From contig JBAUAR010000011.1 in NCBI GenBank assembly GCA_049675875.1, positions 2,081 to 66,080 on the forward strand: DNA of 64,000 bases. The letters are read 5' to 3'. Position 1 is the stretch's first letter, and each line of letters starts with the position of its first letter. Both the position numbers and the translations under genes were made by a program. Positions 19,144-29,039 of the stretch are shown here, piece by piece. This DNA is from Streptosporangiaceae bacterium. GTDB taxonomy: Bacteria; Actinomycetota; Actinomycetes; Streptosporangiales; Streptosporangiaceae. The notes under the pieces are model-generated. The model ran no database searches. It worked only from the letters and a program-made list of their open reading frames with translations, and was not told the origin of the DNA.

Positions 19144-20166
19144 GTGACCCGCACGCCCCAGATGGGCGTGCTCGTGATCTTCGATGCGCCGGGCAGCAGC
19201 CGGGCGATCAGTCCCGAAGAAGAGGATGTCCGCGCACACGTCGGCTCATCCGGGATACCGCAGCCGGCCGGGTCGACCGAGGGAACCGCATTGTCTTCTG
19301 CGACACATCTCCGTACGCGGATCATAGCCGCGGGAGGCGTCGTCGTCCTCCTGCTGGTCGCCGCAATCTGGACCGCACTCGCGAACACAAGCGCTGGGGC
19401 CATCCCGCGCTCCGGGCGTGCGTACTCGACGAGCCGGCTCGACGAACTGCTCGCACAGCTCGGCTACCTGCCGCTGACCTGGACGCCGTCAGCCGGGCAG
19501 AAGGTCCCGGCCGACAAGGACGCGGCCGGCCAGCTGGCCGCGGCCTACGACGCGCCGAAGGGCCAGTTCACCTGGAAGTCCGGCTATCCAGCCGAACTGC
19601 GGCGCCTCTGGCGGGACGGCACAACCGACGGCCTGATCCTCCAGGGCGCGGTCATGGCGTTCGAGCAGCAGCACGGCCTGAAGGTCGACGGTATCGCCGG
19701 GCCCAAGGTCTGGGATGCCCTGCTCACGGCTGTGGCCGCTCATGACGTGAATAAGAACGGCTATGCCTACGCGATCGCCACCGAAGCCGACCCGGAGACG
19801 CTGACGATCTGGCACGACGGCCAGCAGGCGCTGCAGACGGACGCCGACACCGGCATCGCGGCCTCGCCGACGACGATCGGTACGTCGCCGGTCTACCTGA
19901 AGCACTTCTACCAGGACATGAAAGGGACGAATCCGAACGGAACCCCGTACTCCAGTCCGGTGTACTACATCTCCTACTTCCGCGGCAACCTGGCCGTGCA
20001 CTGGTACCCGCGGGCCTCGTACGGTTTCCCGCAGAGCCTGGGCTGCGTCGAGCTGCCCTGGAGCGCCGCCAAAACCGCCTGGCAGTACCTGTCCTATGGC
20101 AACCTCGTCACGGTCCAGCCGGGCTCGCAGACTCCCAGCACGAGCCCGGTCGACCCGACCACCTAG
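19144..20166 (+). CDS. L,D-transpeptidase with peptidoglycan-binding domain
   Basis: Has a PG_binding_1 repeat (AFEQQHGLKVDGIAGPKVWDAL) and a YkuD catalytic region with LAVHWYP...SLGCVEL. N-terminal TM anchor. Start uncertain. Confidence 0.8.
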   Translation: MTRTPQMGVLVIFDAPGSSRAISPEEEDVRAHVGSSGIPQPAGSTEGTALSSATHLRTRIIAAGGVVVLLLVAAIWTALANTSAGAIPRSGRAYSTSRLDELLAQLGYLPLTWTPSAGQKVPADKDAAGQLAAAYDAPKGQFTWKSGYPAELRRLWRDGTTDGLILQGAVMAFEQQHGLKVDGIAGPKVWDALLTAVAAHDVNKNGYAYAIATEADPETLTIWHDGQQALQTDADTGIAASPTTIGTSPVYLKHFYQDMKGTNPNGTPYSSPVYYISYFRGNLAVHWYPRASYGFPQSLGCVELPWSAAKTAWQYLSYGNLVTVQPGSQTPSTSPVDPTT

Positions 20167-20257
20167 TGGTCACGCCGGGCGTGTCCTACCGGCCGTATCA
20201 ATGACGTGTGATGTCAGGCGCTGCGATGGTCCCCGTAGGTGACGACGGCGCGGTGGC

Positions 20258-22594
20258 CTAACGCCACCATGGCGTGCGGCGCACGATCGCCAGCCGTTCG
20301 GCCGGGCCCACCACATCGGTTGCGTGTTCGTCCAGCTGGTCGAGGTGATGACCGACCCACAGCGCATCCGCCCGCGCCGCTTCCCGGACGCGGCGCGGCG
20401 ACAGAGGGCCGCTGACCGGCGGGGCCGCTGGCGGTTCTACCGGGTCTGCCATCGGCGCGTGCCGGCTCGGCGGTCTGGCGACTTCAGCCGCGAGATCCTC
20501 GTAGAACCCGAGGATGCCGCCGAGCTGCCGGCCGAGTGCGGCGTGCACGCTGACGTCGTCGGAGTGCCGCTGGGCCCTGGTCGGCAGGCTGGCTATCGAA
20601 TGCGCGGTGAGTCGCAGCCGCATCGCGGCCATCACCAGGGCCCACAGGTCGCTCTTCGCGACCCGCTTGGTGCCCTGCTCGGTCATGTAGCCACGGAGCG
20701 CGTCATCCAGCCGGAGGCTGGCCGCGATCGCGACATTCGCGCGGTCAGGCCGGTGCTGCTGCTCGCCCAGCGCCCAGCTGACCGCCTCACCGAGGTAACG
20801 GGCGCCGCAGCGGAAGCCGTCGGAGAGATTGTCGCCGACGACCGACGCGATGCCCCGTGGCCAGAACAGGTAGCCGACCACGAGGCTGACGCCGCAGCCG
20901 ATGGCGACGTCTTCCACCCGCAGCAAGCCCACCCTCCAGCCCGCCGGGACGAGCAGGTTGAACAGCACGACGACGGTGATGGTGAAGGCGGCCTGCCCAG
21001 CGGCGAACGGCGCGGTGCCCGGCGTGTACGCGGCAACGAGGACGGCGAGCGGGAACGCGATCCACAGCGCGACCGGGTTAGTGCCGATCGCCAGCAGGAG
21101 CGCGGCGCCGATCACGAAGCCGGCGATTGTCCCCGCCAGCGCGCGCATGGCCGTGGATCCGGTGGCGGCCGCACTGGTCCGGAGCACCGACAGGGTGCCG
21201 AGCACGACCCAGAAGGCGTGCTGCACGTCGGTAAGTTTCGCGGCGGCCACGGCAGCGGCGAGCGCGCCGGCGCCGCGGGCGCTGTTACGGAACCAGACCG
21301 ACCGCAGGCTGGCGTCCGTGGCGATGACGGTGGCTGCCCGGTCTGGCAGGCCCAGCCGGGCAAGCCAGCGGCCTAGCCCGCGGTCCGCCTGCGTGGTGCT
21401 TTCCGGGCTGGCCGACGGTGGGGGCGGGTGCGCGGCACCGGGCTGGCCGGTGCCACCCGGGGCAATAAGCCACCGCCGCAGGCCAGCGACCTGGGCAATC
21501 GTCGCTTGCCGGGCGGCCACCATCGCCTCGCCGACCGCCGCCGACGTCGCGACGCCGATCGTTTGCGCATGGAACGCGGCGTCCGCCCTGCGCGCCGCGG
21601 TAGCCCGGTCGTCGGCGAAGCTGTTCAGGAGCTCCGCGCTCGCCAGCCTGGCGCGCCAGATCCGCTCGAGGTCGGCGTCAGAATCTCGCCCGGACATCAG
21701 CGCAGCGACCGCCCGCAGCGCGTGTGCGCACTCACTGAGCAGTGCCCGGTCAGTGGCAGCCGCGGCAGCCAAGTCGAGATGCCCGTCGGCCGCGTCGCCG
21801 ATCAGCGAGGTGCACCATTCAAGCAGGTGAATCAGGCTGGCCAGGCCCTGGTAGGCCGACGCCAGCCCGACGGGCCGGTACGGGGTGGCGACGAAGGTGT
21901 TCATCAACTCGTCCGTGGCCGCTTTCGCCGCCTCGGCGTCGGCAGCGGTCACAGTGCCGTCGACGGCTCGTTCGAGCTGGCGCGCGAGTGCGGCCGCTGA
22001 CTTCGCCGCTAGAGCCTGCAACTTGTCGCCGGGCGAGCGGGTTGACAGCAGGAGGACGGCTGCGGTGCTGGCCACCGAGGCCAGCCACCAGCCTTCGAGC
22101 CGGTCCGGGAGCACGCTGACCGATCCGGTTGACGCGATTGGCAGGATGAAAGCGAGCAGGCAGGCGGTCACGCCCGAGGCAGCATTCGGGCCGGCCGAGC
22201 CGCCGAAGAAGATGGCGAACGCAACCGGGAGGGTCACCAGCGCCGCAAGCCACGTCGAGCCGCTGGCCAGGGTGCCCAGGATCACCGCCACGCTGCCCGC
22301 CAGGGCAAGGCCCAGGTGCGCGAGCGCCTTGTCCCGCGGGCTGCCGCCGAACCAGGTCAGAACCAGCGTGCCGAAGCCACCGAACACCGCGAACACGGCC
22401 ATCTGCTCGTTGTGCAGCACCCTGAATGTCAGCGCCAGCAAGCACGGGATGACGATCGTAGCCCGCAGCGCGCGCACCGCAGCCGGGACCGACCACAAGA
22501 CCCACCACCACGGAGCGCCCGGCTGGCTCGGCGCCGGGACCGAGGCAGTCGGCCCCTGCACACCGGTCGTGGCGGAAGCAGCGCTGTGAGTCAT
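20258..22594 (-). CDS. FUSC-family (fusaric-acid-resistance-like / aromatic acid exporter) membrane protein
   Basis: Two hydrophobic 5-6 TM blocks separated by a long soluble helical region, the typical FUSC architecture. Confidence 0.75.
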   Translation of the reverse strand: MTHSAASATTGVQGPTASVPAPSQPGAPWWWVLWSVPAAVRALRATIVIPCLLALTFRVLHNEQMAVFAVFGGFGTLVLTWFGGSPRDKALAHLGLALAGSVAVILGTLASGSTWLAALVTLPVAFAIFFGGSAGPNAASGVTACLLAFILPIASTGSVSVLPDRLEGWWLASVASTAAVLLLSTRSPGDKLQALAAKSAAALARQLERAVDGTVTAADAEAAKAATDELMNTFVATPYRPVGLASAYQGLASLIHLLEWCTSLIGDAADGHLDLAAAAATDRALLSECAHALRAVAALMSGRDSDADLERIWRARLASAELLNSFADDRATAARRADAAFHAQTIGVATSAAVGEAMVAARQATIAQVAGLRRWLIAPGGTGQPGAAHPPPPSASPESTTQADRGLGRWLARLGLPDRAATVIATDASLRSVWFRNSARGAGALAAAVAAAKLTDVQHAFWVVLGTLSVLRTSAAATGSTAMRALAGTIAGFVIGAALLLAIGTNPVALWIAFPLAVLVAAYTPGTAPFAAGQAAFTITVVVLFNLLVPAGWRVGLLRVEDVAIGCGVSLVVGYLFWPRGIASVVGDNLSDGFRCGARYLGEAVSWALGEQQHRPDRANVAIAASLRLDDALRGYMTEQGTKRVAKSDLWALVMAAMRLRLTAHSIASLPTRAQRHSDDVSVHAALGRQLGGILGFYEDLAAEVARPPSRHAPMADPVEPPAAPPVSGPLSPRRVREAARADALWVGHHLDQLDEHATDVVGPAERLAIVRRTPWWR

Positions 22595-22715
22595 GTGCGT
22601 CTCACTCTGTCAAAGTCGCGTGTTCAGCACGCGCCCGGCCGTCATGGCCCCCGCAGCCAGGCCAACGCGCGTTGCGCGAGGCCAAGCCGTACAACGCCTT
22701 CTCGAACGACGAGCA

Positions 22716-23045
22716 CTAAGTAGGCATCAGGCGTTGAGGAAGGATTCGACGACAGCTGCGAATTGCGTTGTACGCCTTGGCCTGGTTCGCCGGGAACAGA
22801 ACGGTCTCCACTTGCTGCGGCCCGAGCCTGGTGAGGGCCGCGGTTGTGGCCGACGGCACTACGGCACCCGTTCCGGGGAATGTCGCGCACAGCACGAGGC
22901 GGATCACCTGGCATGGGCCAAGGACCGCCAGCCCCTGGGCGATCATGCCTCCCATCGACCAGCCGAGCACGGCCGGCCCGGACAGGTGCAAGGTGTCGAT
23001 GAGCGCGCCAGTCTGCCTGGCCATGGCTTCGATGGATAGGGGCAT
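22716..23045 (-). pseudogene. Alpha/beta hydrolase fragment, N-terminal portion missing
   Basis: Starts near the nucleophile elbow (LHLSGPAVLGWSMGGMIAQ). No upstream oxyanion-hole region. Abuts the divergent methyltransferase gene. Confidence 0.5.
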
Positions 23046-23102
23046 GTTCCGGCGTTGACACGTGATCAAGGTCAGGTCACGGAGCGACCTACACTCAACC
23101 CA

Positions 23103-23864
23103 ATGCCCCCGGAGCCGCTGTCCGCAGATTACTTCGACGACTGGTACGCAAACCAGGCCGGAACGCCGACCGTCGCTGAGATCATGAACCGGCACATGGG
23201 CTTCCCGCCAGGCACGCGAGCCGGAACGGTCCCCGCCGAGGCGATCTCGGAGATGACCGACGAGCTCTGGCTCAGGCCCGGGAACACAGTGCTTGACCTG
23301 GCCTGCGGCCGAGGTGCCTATGGTCTGCTAGTCGCACAGCAAGCCGGGACTCCCCTCATCGGCGTGGACTTCTCCGCGCAGGCCCTGACTGAGGCACGGG
23401 AGCAGGCCGCGCGAATGGGCGTGGGCAACACCAGTTTCCGCACCGGTGAACTCACGGCGACCGGCCTGCCCGATGCCAGCGTCGAGGCCGTGCTGTGCAC
23501 CGACGCCATCCAGTTCCCCGATGAGCCGGCCGTCGCCTACGACGAGATCCGCAGGGTCCTCAAGCCCGCTGGCCGGGTGGTGCTGACTTGCTGGGAGCCG
23601 ATCGACCGCGCCGACGAGCGGCTGTTCCCCCGACTGCGCCGGGCTGACCTTGGCGGCGGCCTCCGCCAGGCGGGTTTCACGGACGTGGAGGTCCGGGACC
23701 GCCCGCCCTGGCTGGCACGCGAGCACGCGTTGTGGGCGGAGGCCGCCGCGCTCGACCCTGGCGATGACCCCGCCTTGCAGTCCCTCCATGAGGAGGGCGT
23801 CAGGTCGTTGCAGTGGGCCGACTTGCTCCGCCGCGTGCTGGCCGTCGCAACCAACCCGAGGTAA
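23103..23864 (+). CDS. Class I SAM-dependent methyltransferase
   Basis: Motif I VLDLACGRGAYG and post-I/II motifs. Start is ATG 23103 or an upstream alternative at 23055. Confidence 0.8.
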   Translation: MPPEPLSADYFDDWYANQAGTPTVAEIMNRHMGFPPGTRAGTVPAEAISEMTDELWLRPGNTVLDLACGRGAYGLLVAQQAGTPLIGVDFSAQALTEAREQAARMGVGNTSFRTGELTATGLPDASVEAVLCTDAIQFPDEPAVAYDEIRRVLKPAGRVVLTCWEPIDRADERLFPRLRRADLGGGLRQAGFTDVEVRDRPPWLAREHALWAEAAALDPGDDPALQSLHEEGVRSLQWADLLRRVLAVATNPR

Positions 23865-24087
23865 GACCTATACGAACAGCTCTAAGGCCAGCCATGGGAA
23901 GTGGTGCCGGCGTCGACAACGGCAGCCTGTTCTATCCCGACAAGGCGCTCGCGGTCGTTGCTTCCCTATGGGTGCTGGGGCCCAAAGCCTTAGTATTCCT
24001 CTGTCTCTGACCTGGGGCGACGTGAGGAAGGCGGCGGGCGGGTTGCGTATGCGAGTGGTTGTGATCATGGGCCGGGGAGTTGGGTCG

Positions 24088-25176
24088 ATGCGTGAACAGG
24101 TACCCAGGTGGGTCAGAGCTTCCTGGGTGGACATCGCCCTGGTGGTCTTCATCGTGCTCAACCTGCTCGCCATGCGCTTGTTCGTCGAGTGGCAGACCGT
24201 TCCGTTCCTGGTCATCTGGGTCAGCCTGGCTGCGATCTACGGCTTCCGCCTCTGGCACATGGGATCCGCGCTGCTCACGGCCGCTGCGCTCACGCTGCTG
24301 ACTGGGGGCCTGATCGGCTGGCAGGTGCTGCGGGGTAAGCAGGATCTCGACTATCTCGCCGAGGTGCCCCTGCTCGCCCTGATGTTCGTGATCATGGTTT
24401 GGCATTCGCGGCGCCGGCTGGTAGCGGTCGAGGAGATCCAGCGGGTCTCCGAGCACAACCTCCGCCTGCTGGAGCAGCAGCGTCAGTTTCTCCAGGATGC
24501 CTCGCATGAGCTGGGCACGCCGCTCACCATTGCCCTCGGCCACGCCGAGCTCATCGAGCGCGCGGCAACGGACCAGGAGATCGCGCGCGACGCCCAGGTT
24601 GCTGTGAGCGAGCTGCAACGCATGCGACGGCTCACCAACCGGATGCTGATCCTGGCGTCGGCCGAGCGGCCCGAGCTCCTGACCACGGATTCGGTGGAGA
24701 TCAGCGAGTTCCTGCACGAGACCTTCGACCGGTGGGCGCACGTCCACCGGCGCTGGTCACTGGGCGAGGTACCGGACGCCACGATCGATGCGGACCGCGA
24801 CCGGCTCACCCTCGCCCTGGATGCGCTCATCGAGAATGCGATTTCCCACACCGCCGACGAGGGCAGCATTGAGCTCAGCGCGCGGTGCGAGGGCGACAGC
24901 GTCATTATCGCCGTCGCGGACTCGGGCACGGGTATCGCAGCGGCCGACGTCGGGCGGATCTTCGGGCGCTTCGCGCGCGTGGACTCGGGCCGTAACCGGG
25001 CTGCCGGAGGGTTCGGGCTCGGGCTGGCTCTGGTTCAGGCGATTGCCGAGGCTCATGGCGGCTCGGTTCGGGTAGACAGCACGGTCGGCCGCGGATCGGT
25101 GTTCGAGTTGCGGTTGCCTGCCGCGACGTCAGCGATGCGCGCATCACAGCCCTTGAGCATCCGAGCGCACGGGTAG
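24088..25176 (+). CDS. Sensor histidine kinase (HisKA/HATPase_c), no adjacent response regulator
   Basis: Two N-terminal TM helices. H-box SHELGTPLT, N-box ALIENAISHT, G-boxes DSGTGI and GGFGLGLALV. The ORF-track start at 23650 overlaps the upstream gene and is rejected. Confidence 0.85.
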   Translation: MREQVPRWVRASWVDIALVVFIVLNLLAMRLFVEWQTVPFLVIWVSLAAIYGFRLWHMGSALLTAAALTLLTGGLIGWQVLRGKQDLDYLAEVPLLALMFVIMVWHSRRRLVAVEEIQRVSEHNLRLLEQQRQFLQDASHELGTPLTIALGHAELIERAATDQEIARDAQVAVSELQRMRRLTNRMLILASAERPELLTTDSVEISEFLHETFDRWAHVHRRWSLGEVPDATIDADRDRLTLALDALIENAISHTADEGSIELSARCEGDSVIIAVADSGTGIAAADVGRIFGRFARVDSGRNRAAGGFGLGLALVQAIAEAHGGSVRVDSTVGRGSVFELRLPAATSAMRASQPLSIRAHG

Positions 25177-25252
25177 CGGCACTCCATAGCCGTCGATCGG
25201 GCGCTCGGGCGGCTCGTTAGTCATTGGCACGAGTAGCCACCCGGAACCAAGA

Positions 25253-25289
25253 GAAGCCCGGTGAGGCACCATCTTGGTAACCGGGCTTC
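25253..25289. terminator. Hairpin between convergent genes (bidirectional terminator candidate)
   Basis: GAAGCCCGGT-N17-ACCGGGCTTC is followed by TTTAT on the plus strand and preceded by an A-rich run. Confidence 0.5.
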
Positions 25290-25402
25290 TTTATGTATGG
25301 GTGGCCAGGTCGATCCCCGTATGGTCAAGGCAGCGCTGGCGCACCGACGCGTGCCTGCGTAGCGTAGCTAGCCTCGGCCTTTCGCGTGGTTAATGGCTGA
25401 GG

Positions 25403-25780
25403 TTAGGACTGAGCGTCGGCGCTCGACGCGATGCGATGCGGGAAGCGGTGCACCTCCTGCGGCCAGCCGACCGCGACCGCGATCCGGCCGGCCCAATACC
25501 GTGCCTCAGCATCACCGGGCACATCGACGACCGCGAAACCGCCGAGGTGCTCCTTGGTCTCGGTGAACGGCCCGTCGGTGAACACCGGCGAGCCGGTGCC
25601 GGCGTCGACGCTGCACACGACGGTCGACGCGTCCAGGCCGCCGTCGCTGAACACGAAGGCACCGGCGGCCGTCATCTCCTCGATCAGAGCCATGCCGGCC
25701 GCGCCCCGCTCGCGCAGCTCCTCCAGCGTGAGGTCGGGCACCCACTCGTCATTGAAGGCGATCAGGTACAGCGCCATCAC
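25403..25780 (-). CDS. YciI-family (DGPF domain) protein
   Basis: ALYLIAFNDEW...FTDGPFTETKEHLGGFAVVDVPGDAEARYWAGRI is canonical YCII. Confidence 0.85.
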   Translation of the reverse strand: MMALYLIAFNDEWVPDLTLEELRERGAAGMALIEEMTAAGAFVFSDGGLDASTVVCSVDAGTGSPVFTDGPFTETKEHLGGFAVVDVPGDAEARYWAGRIAVAVGWPQEVHRFPHRIASSADAQS

Positions 25781-26070
25781 ACGCTCCTCTGCTCACAGGC
25801 AGCCCGGACGGCTGCCGCTCACCTTCTTCACGAACGCACTCGCGCCCATCGACACCCCGGCCAGACCTTCTTCCAAGCCTCGCGCATCGCGATCGGGCGT
25901 ACCACATGCGACCGACCCTGCCGCCCGAAACGCACGCTCTAGCTGCACGGGCGTGCTGCGGCGTCGGCTGCGCGTCAGCGCGCCGGACGGTGGCGGGAAC
26001 ATCCTGACCGGGAGACGCGTTAAGCGAAGGAGACGATATATCGCGTCGCCTTTCGAGCGGGCCGGGGCCC

Positions 26071-26469
26071 GTGACGGGCTGCGCGCGTTGCGAGGTGAGC
26101 GTGAAGACCGGTCGGGATGCGGAGCGGACGCCGGACAGGTCGGCCAAGGCCGTCATTGCCCTGACGCTGCTCGCGCTGCTGCTGGTAGCGGCCATGCCGG
26201 TGGCCCTGCTGGCCGCAGTGATCATGATGGTGCTGGGGCACTTGATCATCGGGCTCGCGCTGCTCGGCGGCTCGGTCGCCGCCGCCGCCGTGGCGGTCGC
26301 ACTCGCCGGCATTACCGGGATGCAGCACCTGCGCAAGTTGCTCTCCAGGGCCAGCTTGCACGTCGTCCAACTGGACCGCAGCCAGTACACCGACGTCGCA
26401 GAGCCGAACGGCAGCGATTACGCCGACGTGGTGCAGCTGGACCGCGGCGAGTACACCGATGTTCGCTGA
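26071..26469 (+). CDS. Two/three-TM membrane protein with a duplicated C-terminal motif
   Basis: Very strong third-position G/C bias. The C-terminus carries VVQLDRSQYTDV and VVQLDRGEYTDV. Family not recognised. GTG start uncertain. Confidence 0.55.
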   Translation: MTGCARCEVSVKTGRDAERTPDRSAKAVIALTLLALLLVAAMPVALLAAVIMMVLGHLIIGLALLGGSVAAAAVAVALAGITGMQHLRKLLSRASLHVVQLDRSQYTDVAEPNGSDYADVVQLDRGEYTDVR

Positions 26470-26668
26470 GTTCGCGGCACCTTGCGTACCTGGTATTTCG
26501 GGCCAAGCGTCGGCAAGACGACACGCTGCCTGGTCTGCGCGGCTGTGCCCTTCCTAGCAGGTGCCGACCTTAGCGATCGCTTTGGTTCAGTGAATCGACG
26601 GACGCGGTCCGGGTAACCACCATGGCCGTGAGTCCCGCTCTGTCAGACCACGCGGTAACACTGCCGGT

Positions 26669-27229
26669 ATGACATTCACGACTCGGATGCTCACGCCGGA
26701 GACCTGGGACGACTTCGCCGCGCTCGTCGAGGCCAACAACGGCGTCTGGGGTGGCTGCTGGTGCATTGGATTCCACCCAGAGGGCGTGGGCCACGGACGC
26801 GAAGGAAACCGTGAGCTGAAGCGTCGGCACGTCACGCGCGGAACGGTCCACCAGGTGCTCGTCTACGACGGTGAGCGCTGCATCGGCTGGTGCCAGTTCG
26901 GACCACCCGCCGAGGTGGCTACCATCAACAACCCCAAGGCCTATGAAAGGGACCTAATCGAGTTGCCGGACTGGCGGATCGGCTGCATCTTCACCAACGC
27001 GAAGGACCGCGGCAAGGGCGTCGCTGCCGCCGCGGTCGCGGCGGCACTCGACGAGATCAAGCGGGCCGGCGGCGGTGTCGTCGAGGCATATCCGGAGCAG
27101 ACCGAGGACCGGCCTCCGCAGCGCGGCGCCTATCTGCACACAGGACCGGAGGAGTTGTATGCGCACTACGGCTTCACGCGGGTACGGAAGATCGCGAAGT
27201 GGCGGTGGGTCATGCGCACCAAGATCTGA
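26669..27229 (+). CDS. GNAT-family N-acetyltransferase
   Basis: CIGWCQFG...GCIFTNAKDRGKGVAAAAVAAALDEIKRAGGGVVEAYP is a GNAT acetyl-CoA-binding motif region. Confidence 0.8.
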   Translation: MTFTTRMLTPETWDDFAALVEANNGVWGGCWCIGFHPEGVGHGREGNRELKRRHVTRGTVHQVLVYDGERCIGWCQFGPPAEVATINNPKAYERDLIELPDWRIGCIFTNAKDRGKGVAAAAVAAALDEIKRAGGGVVEAYPEQTEDRPPQRGAYLHTGPEELYAHYGFTRVRKIAKWRWVMRTKI

Positions 27230-27260
27230 CTAGCGCGACCCGTCCAGGATGTCTGCCCGA

Positions 27261-28148
27261 TCATGGGCTTCCACGAGACTCTTCGAAAATCTGTCTAGTG
27301 GCGGCAACCGCATCGGAGCCAGCCACGAGCGGCCTGGCTCCTGCTGCCAGCGTTACGGCCTGCGCATCCTCGGCCCGGAGTAATTCCGGGTGAGTGCCCG
27401 AGCGCAGGCTGGCGGTTACCTGCCAGCCTCCGCCTGGCACGGGCCCGGCGCTCAGCTGGCCGCCATGAGCCCTGACCCGTTCGGTCATCCCGAGCAGCCC
27501 GGCACCGCCGCAGCCGTCAAGTTCGAGGGGCGCGGATCTGGGCGGCCCGTTGATGATGTCGACGTTCAGCCCGGTGGTTGTCACCTCCAGGGTCACCGCT
27601 ACGGGTGCGCCCGGGGCGTGCTTCATGGAGTTGGTAAGCCCTTCCTGAATCATGTGCAGTGCATCGGCGGCCAGGGCAGGCGAGAGCACGTGGTGTCCGG
27701 CGCTGCAGACGGTGACATCGGTTCCGGTCGCCCTGACCGCGTCAGCCAGGTGATCGGCGAGCTCGACCAGTGAGTCAGGCGAAGTGCCGTCGCGGCCAAG
27801 CAGCGCCGCCCCCCGAGTAATCTCCTCCTCGGCCCGGTCAGCCGCCGTCAGGATTTCGGCGAACGTGGCCGCCATCGACTCTTGCCGCGTCAGGCTGCGC
27901 ACCTGGCCGGCCCTGGCCTGGATTACCACAGCTGTCAGCCAGTGGGCCACGGTGTCATGGAGTTCTCGTGCTAGGTGAACCCGCTCGTAGCGAACGGCCT
28001 CGTCCGCGTACCGCGATCGTTCCGCCTCAAGCAGCTTTCCCGCCTCAGCCAGCTCCGCAGCCAGCCGGCGCCGTGAGCGGACGAACTCTCCGGCCGCCCA
28101 GGGGCCGAACGTGACCATCAGCAAGAGCGGGTTGAAGACGGGATTCAC
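27261..28148 (-). CDS. Sensor histidine kinase, NarL/DesK type (HisKA_3), N-terminus probably frameshifted
   Basis: H-box HLARELHDTVAHWLTAV plus an HATPase region. A TM-helix ORF in another frame (28045-28269) looks like its displaced N-terminus. No response regulator follows. Confidence 0.7.
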   Translation of the reverse strand: MNPVFNPLLLMVTFGPWAAGEFVRSRRRLAAELAEAGKLLEAERSRYADEAVRYERVHLARELHDTVAHWLTAVVIQARAGQVRSLTRQESMAATFAEILTAADRAEEEITRGAALLGRDGTSPDSLVELADHLADAVRATGTDVTVCSAGHHVLSPALAADALHMIQEGLTNSMKHAPGAPVAVTLEVTTTGLNVDIINGPPRSAPLELDGCGGAGLLGMTERVRAHGGQLSAGPVPGGGWQVTASLRSGTHPELLRAEDAQAVTLAAGARPLVAGSDAVAATRQIFEESRGSP

Positions 28149-28495
28149 GATCTCGGCCGTAGCCGCCAGCAGCGCTGGTCCCGCGATCGTGCGCCGCCAT
28201 GGCCAGCCGCACGGCAGGCACCAGCCATCCGGAAATCAGGGCGAGCAGAAGTGCTGAAACGGCAGTCATAGGTCAATCCCGTCTTCATGTCGGATTGTCT
28301 TTACCGATGCTGCACGCAGAAAGCTGCCGTCTCATCAGCCCCGCGGAGGAACACAGATGGCGGGCTACAACCTGAGGAGGAGAAGCGGCGACGTGTGTAT
28401 GCGCGCCCGGCGGGATACGACAGCGGTCCTAAGCCCCCCAGGCCGTGACGTTCAGGGCGGAGAAGCACTGCCGAGGCGGCGCCGGTTGTACGTGA

Positions 28496-28945
28496 TTAAG
28501 CGTTTGGGCGATCAGTGACCGGCCGTGCGGAGCGCGGCTGCACTGGCTCGCCGCAGGCTTGGCACACGACCTGGGCCACCAGACGGTAGCCGCAAGCGTG
28601 CTCGAGCACCAGGGGAACACCACCGTCGTCGGCGAGGTGCTCATCGCCCCAGCGCATCAGCGTCAGGATGACCGGGTACAGCTCCTGGCCGACCGTCGTC
28701 AGCCGGTACTCATACCGCGCAGGGTGCTCGCTGTACTGCCGCCGCTCCAGGATCCCGGCACCGACCAGGGACCGCAGGCGTGCAGCGAGCGTGTCCCGCG
28801 GCGCCCCGATGCGGCGCACCATCTCGTCGAAGCGACGGTTACCCAAGAACACCTCGCGCAGGGCAAGCAGGGCCCACTTCTCTCCAACGATCTCCAGCGT
28901 CCGGGCCACCGAGCATGCCCGCGGCTGGACTGCTACTGCCGTCAT
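28496..28945 (-). CDS. HxlR-family transcriptional regulator
   Basis: CSVARTLEIVGEKWALLALREVFLGNRRFDEMVRRIGAPRDTLAARLRSLVGAGILERRQY is canonical HxlR. Confidence 0.85.
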   Translation of the reverse strand: MTAVAVQPRACSVARTLEIVGEKWALLALREVFLGNRRFDEMVRRIGAPRDTLAARLRSLVGAGILERRQYSEHPARYEYRLTTVGQELYPVILTLMRWGDEHLADDGGVPLVLEHACGYRLVAQVVCQACGEPVQPRSARPVTDRPNA

Positions 28946-28965
28946 AGCCGCAGCATACCAGGTTA

Positions 28966-29022
28966 GTCCGAAAACTGGACGGACGTGGCCCAGGCGCTGT
29001 ATGGTGAGTCCAGATTTCGGAC
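28966..29022. promoter_or_regulatory. Two inverted copies of a 15-nt palindromic box in the hxlR-MFS divergent intergenic region
   Basis: GTCCGAAAACTGGAC (28966-28980) matches the reverse complement of GTCCAGATTTCGGAC (29008-29022) at 14 of 15 positions. Confidence 0.4.
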
Positions 29023-29039
29023 GAACCCAGGGGTTGATC

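Noticed and set aside
23650-24087. Upstream extension of the histidine kinase ORF. Similar extensions affect the MFS ORF (28668-29039) and the VOC ORF (47043-47219).
   Set aside because: The extensions overlap neighbouring genes in other frames or strands and are Arg/Ser/Pro-rich. Internal starts with RBS-like sequences sit at the points where family similarity begins.
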